In this document: piece after piece, positions 58,646-64,000 of the stretch
How positions within the stretch are numbered: the first letter of the stretch is position 1
How the letters are laid out: each line of letters opens with the position of its first letter
Assembly: GCA_963835065.1 (NCBI GenBank)
Contig: CAWIEK010000024.1
Location: forward strand, 64,001 to 128,000
Origin: an uncultured Chthonomonadaceae bacterium
GTDB taxonomy: Bacteria; Armatimonadota; Chthonomonadetes; Chthonomonadales; Chthonomonadaceae
Direction: 5' to 3'
Length of the DNA stretch: 64,000 nucleotides
Program-made: the position numbers and the translations under genes
The notes under the pieces: model-generated
Databases searched by the model: none
What the model was told of the DNA's origin: nothing
The model's input: only the letters and a program-made list of their open reading frames with translations

Positions 58646-59761
58646 ATGTCTCAAAAACCGATTCGGGTATTGCTGGTAGATGATTCGCCGCTCGCGCTGA
58701 TCGTGCTGCAGCGGCTGCTGGCGGCTTCGCCGGACATTGAAGTGGTGGGCACGGCGACCAATGGCTATGAAGCCCTGGAGTTGATCCCCCACCTGCAGCC
58801 GGCGCTGATTTGCACCGACTACCACATGCCGAAAATGAACGGGCTGGAATTTACTCAAGAAGTGATGGCCCGCTTTCCGCGCCCGATTCTGGTGGTCAGT
58901 TCCGCTGTGGGAAGCGAGGCCGACACGGACAGGGTTTTCGCCCTGCTCCAGGCCGGAGCCGTAGACGTTTTCCCCAAGCCGCGCGGCGGGCCGGATGCCG
59001 ATGCGGTTGCCGCCGAGCAGTTCGTTAAAAAGGTAAAGATCGTGGCGGGCGTGGTGGTATGGGGCAGGCCGGCAAAAAAGGCAGCAGTCCCGCCTGCTCC
59101 CTCACTTGCCCGCGCAACGCCCGCTCCCTCGCTTGCCCATCTCACGCCCCCTCCGGCGCGCAGTCTGCGCGCGCCGCAAATGGTTGTTATCGGAGCCTCG
59201 ACGGGTGGGCCGCCCGCGCTGCAAACAATTTTATCGCAGTTGCCGGGCAATTTTCCGCTGCCCATTCTTTGCGTGCAGCACATCAGCGCGGGTTTTTTGC
59301 CGGGACTGGTAAGCTGGCTGGCGGCGCACTGCCAGGTGAAAATCGAAATCGCGCGCCCCGGCGAAATTGCACAGCCGGGATGCGTTTACTTTCCCCCGGA
59401 AAACACTCATCTAATCATAGACCGCAAAGGCCGGCTGCAAGCCTCGAACGAGCCGCCGCTCGAAGGACATCGCCCATCCGTCACCGTTACCTTCCGCTCG
59501 GCAGCCGAAATCTACGGGGACGCGGCGATTGGCGTACTGCTGACCGGCATGGGGCGCGACGGCGGCGAAGGGATGCAGGCAATGGCGCAGGCCGGCGCGC
59601 TGACTATCGCGCAGGACGAGGCGACCTGCGTGGTTTTTGGAATGCCCAGAGACGCTGTGGAGCGCGGCGCGGCGCGGGCTGTACTGCCCATCGGAGATAT
59701 TGCGCGCGCCCTGATCGAAGCGGCAAGCCCCGCGTCGCGTACGCCCGGAGAACGGAGTTAA
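58646..59761 (+). CDS. cheB: Chemotaxis methylesterase CheB (REC + esterase)
   Basis: GASTGGP, VQHI, LTGMGRDG, QDEATCVVFGMP. Confidence 0.95.
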   Translation: MSQKPIRVLLVDDSPLALIVLQRLLAASPDIEVVGTATNGYEALELIPHLQPALICTDYHMPKMNGLEFTQEVMARFPRPILVVSSAVGSEADTDRVFALLQAGAVDVFPKPRGGPDADAVAAEQFVKKVKIVAGVVVWGRPAKKAAVPPAPSLARATPAPSLAHLTPPPARSLRAPQMVVIGASTGGPPALQTILSQLPGNFPLPILCVQHISAGFLPGLVSWLAAHCQVKIEIARPGEIAQPGCVYFPPENTHLIIDRKGRLQASNEPPLEGHRPSVTVTFRSAAEIYGDAAIGVLLTGMGRDGGEGMQAMAQAGALTIAQDEATCVVFGMPRDAVERGAARAVLPIGDIARALIEAASPASRTPGERS

Positions 59762-59762
59762 C

Positions 59763-61397
59763 GTGGAAAACAGCGACACCGGCAAGACCATTTTAGCGGC
59801 GGACGACAGCGCGGTAGCGCGCGCCCTGCTGTCTCGCTTATTGAAGGGCGCGGGGTATCAGGTTGTCACCGCAACGGATGGGATCGAAGCCGCGCAGCAG
59901 GCGTACAGCGTCATGCCGGATTTGATCATTGTGGATATTACCATGCCGCGCATGAACGGCTATCAGGTCTGCCGCCTGCTCAAGCGCGACCCGGCGATTT
60001 CCCATATCCCGGTGATTATTCTCACGGGCGCGGACAGTCGCGGAACCGAGTTCTGGAGCCTGCGCACGGGCGCGGATGCGTTTCTGTTCAAAAGCGCGGA
60101 ACCCGCCGAGTTGTTGGCGACTGTGGAACATCTATTAACACAGGCGTCCGCGCGCTCCGGCCAGGCCGGAGGAATTCTCCCGCCGCCGCAGGGGGGACGA
60201 ACGCCGGGGCCGGAAGAAATTCTGTTCAAAGTCTGCGCGCTGATGGATGAAGAGTTGTACGCCACCACCATCGAGCGCATTGAATTGAAAACGATCCTGC
60301 AAAACCTGAAGGACGGGGTTTTGACGCTGAATATGGCGCGCGAAGTGACTGCCGCCAATCAAGCGCTGTGCGAGATGCTGGGCAGGGACGAAAGCGAATT
60401 GCTGTCCCAGCCCTGCGGCATAGCGCTTGGGGAACCGGCAGGAGCCATCCTGCTGGAAGCGTTCGCAGCCGCGCTTGCCGGGGGTGAGGGAGTGGAGCAG
60501 GAGTCTGAAATCCGGCATCAAACCGGGCAGACAACGCCGGTTGCCATCAGCGCCGTGCCCCTGCGCGACTTCCTGGGCACAACCGTAGGCGGTGTGTGCC
60601 TGTTCCATGACATCACGCGGCGCAAGGAGATGGAAACGCTGTACGAGCAGATGCGTTCCCTCAACAAAGTCAAAAACGACCTGACGCACATGATCGTGCA
60701 TGATCTGCGGACGCCGCTGAGTTCGGTGATTACGGGGATGCAGACGCTGGAAGCGTTCAGCGACCTGGATGAATTGCAGCAGGAAATGGTCAGCATTGCG
60801 ATCACGGGCGGCGAAGTTCTGCTTGGCATGATCAACACGCTGCTGGATGTGGAGAAAATGGAAAGCGGCGAAATGCAGTTACAGTATGCCGCGCTGCCTG
60901 CCGACGAACTTGTTGCCACTGCCATCGGGCAGGTGGCTTCCCTTGCCGAAAGCAGCGGCCTGACGCTTATGCAGCAAATCGAGCCGAACCTGCCCTTATT
61001 TCAGGGGGATGCGGACAAACTGCGCCGCACGCTCGTCAATCTGCTTGGCAACGCCATCAAATTCACGCCGCGCGGCGGCACGGTGACGGTGGAAGCGCGG
61101 CAGGAAGCGGACGGACGCGGGCTGCTGTTTTCCGTCCGCGACACGGGCGAAGGCATCCCGCCCGAAGCGTTCGGGCGTATCTTCGAGAAGTTCGGGCAGG
61201 TGGAAACTCGCAAGGCCGGGCGCACTCAGAGTACCGGGTTGGGCCTGACCTTCTGCAAACTGGCGGTGGAAGCGCACGGCGGCAGCATCCAGGTGGACAG
61301 CGTACCGGGCAAAGGCAGCGTTTTCTCCTTCACGATCCCGCTGACAACCAACACTCTCCTGCCGGACACGCAAGAGCGGCAATTAACCGCAGTTTAA
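59763..61397 (+). CDS. Hybrid REC-PAS-histidine kinase
   Basis: REC (VDITMPRMNG), PAS, HDLRTPL, NLLGNAIKFT, DTGEGI, TGLGL. Confidence 0.92.
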   Translation: MENSDTGKTILAADDSAVARALLSRLLKGAGYQVVTATDGIEAAQQAYSVMPDLIIVDITMPRMNGYQVCRLLKRDPAISHIPVIILTGADSRGTEFWSLRTGADAFLFKSAEPAELLATVEHLLTQASARSGQAGGILPPPQGGRTPGPEEILFKVCALMDEELYATTIERIELKTILQNLKDGVLTLNMAREVTAANQALCEMLGRDESELLSQPCGIALGEPAGAILLEAFAAALAGGEGVEQESEIRHQTGQTTPVAISAVPLRDFLGTTVGGVCLFHDITRRKEMETLYEQMRSLNKVKNDLTHMIVHDLRTPLSSVITGMQTLEAFSDLDELQQEMVSIAITGGEVLLGMINTLLDVEKMESGEMQLQYAALPADELVATAIGQVASLAESSGLTLMQQIEPNLPLFQGDADKLRRTLVNLLGNAIKFTPRGGTVTVEARQEADGRGLLFSVRDTGEGIPPEAFGRIFEKFGQVETRKAGRTQSTGLGLTFCKLAVEAHGGSIQVDSVPGKGSVFSFTIPLTTNTLLPDTQERQLTAV

Positions 61398-61496
61398 GAG
61401 CCTCTCCCAAGAGTTCGCGGCATTTGCGTCCGCAGGACGCTTGACCTTTCCTGCCGGGGATTTTCAATCCCCGGCCCATTAGGAGAGGCTCTTAAA
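61393..61496. mobile_element. MITE-like element (104 bp, perfect 15-bp terminal inverted repeats)
   Basis: TTTAAGAGCCTCTCC (61393-61407) and GGAGAGGCTCTTAAA (61482-61496); contains the 23-bp palindrome. Confidence 0.6.
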
Positions 61497-61524
61497 GTAA
61501 CGACACCTTCAAAGGGGCAGTAAG

Positions 61525-62724
61525 ATGGTTTCTACGATTTCGCGTCCCGATTTCGCTTTCAATTTCGATGCGGCAGCGCTTACGGACAAGGCGCGGAACG
61601 CGCTCGGCCTGCCTGCTTTCCAGATTGAGGACTGGCGCTGCACAACTCTGACGGGGCACATCAGCAATCCGGCGACCGGCGGCTTGTACCGCGTCCAGGG
61701 AAGCGGGCGGCACAACGCCGGGACCTTACCCTGGTCTCTTATCCTCAAAGTCGCGCATCTGGCCGAGGATACGTCGCAGGGATGGGGCAGCGATCTCCTG
61801 CACTTCGGTTATTGGAAGCGGGAAGCGCTGGCCTACCAGTCCGGGGTTTTGGAGGCGCTTGGCCCGAACCTGAGAGCGCCCCGCTGTTTTGCCGTGGAAG
61901 AGCAGCCGAACGGAAGCGTGTGGCTGTGGCTGGAAGAGATTTCCGAAAGCGGGCCGGCAGCCTGGCCTGTGGCGCGCTACGGCCTGGCGTCCCGCCACTT
62001 CGGACAATGGCAGGGAACCTATCTCAGTGGTCGTCCCTTGCCGGTTTTCCCCTGGCTGCGAACCGGCTGGCTGCGCTCGTGGGTGGAACATTTTGAGTTT
62101 TTAACAAACTATCTGCTGCACCCGGACTTTTGGGAACACCCACTCACGCGCGCGGCATTCCCGGTTCCTGTCGCGGAGCGCCTGCTGAACCTATGGGCAG
62201 AGCGGATGGCGTGGATAGACATTCTCGACCGGATGCCGCAAACCCTCTGCCACTTCGATACGTGGCGGCCCAACCTGCTTGCCGGTATCAGCCCGGACGG
62301 ACAGGAGCAAACGGTAGCGCTGGATTGGCAGTGTATGGGATTGGGACCTGCCGGGGAGGTCGGCAATCTGCTGCTCACCGCGCTGATGACTCTGGAAATC
62401 AAGGCGGCGGACGCGAAGGTTTTGGACGCCGCGATCTGGGAGAATTATCTGCAGGGCTTGCTGGAAGCGGGTTGGGGAGGCGACCCGCGCCATGCGCGTT
62501 TCTGCTACACGGCTTACCCGGCTTTGCGGTGGGGGCTGGTCTTTCCAATGCTGATGATTGTGCCCTATGTGCTCAGTGAAAGCAAGCGCGCCGAAGCGGA
62601 AGCGAAGTACGGGCAATCCCTTGAGGAACTGCTGCATCAATGGGCGGGCGCGCTTTACTTCCTGCTCGATATGGCGGACGAGGCGCGCGGCCTTGCCGGT
62701 ACGCTCCGCGCAGAATTTCTGTGA
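61525..62724 (+). CDS. APH/EcKinase-like phosphotransferase
   Basis: LILK, YWKREALAY, WLWLEEI, TLCHFDTWRPNL, ALDWQ. Confidence 0.85.
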   Translation: MVSTISRPDFAFNFDAAALTDKARNALGLPAFQIEDWRCTTLTGHISNPATGGLYRVQGSGRHNAGTLPWSLILKVAHLAEDTSQGWGSDLLHFGYWKREALAYQSGVLEALGPNLRAPRCFAVEEQPNGSVWLWLEEISESGPAAWPVARYGLASRHFGQWQGTYLSGRPLPVFPWLRTGWLRSWVEHFEFLTNYLLHPDFWEHPLTRAAFPVPVAERLLNLWAERMAWIDILDRMPQTLCHFDTWRPNLLAGISPDGQEQTVALDWQCMGLGPAGEVGNLLLTALMTLEIKAADAKVLDAAIWENYLQGLLEAGWGGDPRHARFCYTAYPALRWGLVFPMLMIVPYVLSESKRAEAEAKYGQSLEELLHQWAGALYFLLDMADEARGLAGTLRAEFL

Positions 62725-62803
62725 GCAACTCTTAATAAGGGCGCATTTCAAATTTCAGGCGTTCACGTTGAGCCTGTCTGCCGGGATTGAATACCGGGGA
62801 TTT

Positions 62804-63688
62804 TCAATCCCCGGAACGGTTGGTTTGTTTCGGAAACAGGGGCGAGGGGCGCATATACGGCACTTGAATGAAGGACGGGGCGTGAACCTGTGGGGAAAAG
62901 ACGCCTGCCGTCAACGGCCCCCCGAAAACGGCTCCCGTATCCAGGCCGATCTTGTTGCGGTGAACGAGAGGCCGTCCCGTTCGCTGCGGCGTGTGCCCGA
63001 AGACGACAATACGCCCGTCAAAGTCGGCGCGGCTTGACACAAACGGTTCTCGAATCCACAAGCGGGGGTCAATCGCCCAGCCTTCGGACGCCCAGGTCGT
63101 TCCCGGCGTCAGCAGCCCGGCATGTACAAAGTGATAGCGCGACGTGACATAATCCATTCGCGTTGCCCGCAGGAACTCCCAATGCGAGGGCGGAATCGCT
63201 GCCAGCCAGCCGGAAAAGGAAGCCTTGAAGTCGGCCAAAGGGCCGGCGGGGATGCGCAGCAGGACATAGCCGATGGTTTCGCACCATTCCTGAAACCCCG
63301 GCGGCGCGTAGGAAAGCAGCGTTTCCATCCCGCCGTTTTGCAGCCACGTAAGCGTCAGTTGGGCGTGCAAGGCATGATCGGGCGCGTCCATGCAATTCGG
63401 AGCATCGCCGCAGGCATCCAGCATCAGCTGCTCATGGTTGCCGCGCAGGAAGACCGTATCAGGGTGTCGCTCCCGCCATTGCAGCAGCGTTTCGAGAACA
63501 CCGCGCGCATTCTCGCCCCGATCCACGTAGTCACCCAAAAAGACTACCGTGTCCTCATCCTGTAACGGCAGTTCCATGAGTTTGGTCAGCAAAGCCTCCA
63601 GCATGGTCTGCTGTCCATGAATATCGCCAATCGCGTAAATCACCGTGTTGATTACGGCGCATTGTTCGGCGGCAAAGGTGTTGAGCAT
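62804..63688 (-). CDS. Ser/Thr protein phosphatase-like metallophosphoesterase
   Basis: GDIHG, GDYVDRG, RGNHE, VHAG, FGHTP, DTGA. The true start may be the GTG at 63643. Confidence 0.92.
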   Translation of the reverse strand: MLNTFAAEQCAVINTVIYAIGDIHGQQTMLEALLTKLMELPLQDEDTVVFLGDYVDRGENARGVLETLLQWRERHPDTVFLRGNHEQLMLDACGDAPNCMDAPDHALHAQLTLTWLQNGGMETLLSYAPPGFQEWCETIGYVLLRIPAGPLADFKASFSGWLAAIPPSHWEFLRATRMDYVTSRYHFVHAGLLTPGTTWASEGWAIDPRLWIREPFVSSRADFDGRIVVFGHTPQRTGRPLVHRNKIGLDTGAVFGGPLTAGVFSPQVHAPSFIQVPYMRPSPLFPKQTNRSGD

Positions 63689-63849
63689 GAGGCTGCCTTG
63701 CTAACGCGCTTGTTGTCTTCCTGCGCCATAGGTTCTTCTGGGGGCGGAGGCGGCGCGGCGGCGCGTCCCACTGCTACCGAGACGGCGGGTTCCTCCGCAT
63801 CTTTACGGAATTCGCGCGCATACCATTCTTCGCTCAGGTTCAGTCGCAT
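63652..63849 (-). CDS. Small hypothetical Pro-rich protein (65 aa)
   Basis: GAGG SD before the ATG; MRLNLSEEWYAREF...PPPPP; directly upstream of the phosphatase. Confidence 0.45.
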   Translation of the reverse strand: MRLNLSEEWYAREFRKDAEEPAVSVAVGRAAAPPPPPEEPMAQEDNKRVSKAASCSTPLPPNNAP

Positions 63850-63956
63850 AATTTTCCTCACAAGTGTAAGTAGCGGTTCGCCTGTTCGGGCGACATTACA
63901 ATACCTGTGTCAACAGTATACACATTTTTCAACCAATTTCCAACGTAGAATCCAAT

Positions 63957-63987
63957 GCGCCCAGCCTGAACCTATCAGGCTGGGCGT
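63957..63987. terminator. GC-rich hairpin
   Basis: gcgcccagcctga-accta-tcaggctgggcgt; no clear T-tract. Confidence 0.4.
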
Positions 63988-64000
63988 ATCTGGAAACTTG

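Overview
GC-rich bacterial chromosomal window; an Armatimonadota-like origin is my inference from overall gene style, not a search result. Left to right: the 3' end of an ADP-ribosylglycohydrolase; a complex I block nuoG-H-J-K-L-M-N (no nuoA-F, no nuoI) behind a Rex-box-like palindrome; an MNT/HEPN pair; a 120-bp-period TPR gene; a choline-kinase-like gene and a PhyH pseudogene; a GalU-like gene, ychF and an RHH/MazF TA pair. A ~20-kb minus-strand exopolysaccharide/exosortase locus follows behind a consensus sigma54 promoter (Wzz, CpsD, GT2, WecB-STAS, GH44, a 44-aa membrane peptide, Wzy, MBOAT + 38-aa DltX-like FIYVDF peptide + DltD-like SGNH, AT3 acyltransferase, three GT4, SurA-like protein, exosortase-EpsI). 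Then come a rhomboid, ECF sigma/anti-sigma, SPase I, NUDIX and AKR; sedolisin + a vanadium haloperoxidase with altered active-site residues + GNAT-like + membrane PLD-like genes; a Wsp-like chemosensory operon ending in a hybrid kinase; and an APH-like kinase converging on a metallophosphatase. Non-coding highlights are ten intergenic inverted pairs of 7/8-mer tandem repeats with different units but the same architecture and polarity, GTAG REP doublets, a thrice-repeated 21-23-bp palindrome, a 104-bp MITE-like element and a 66-bp element repeated upstream of two genes. Eight +1 frameshifts suggest long-read indel errors. No rRNA, tRNA, CRISPR array or transposase was recognised.
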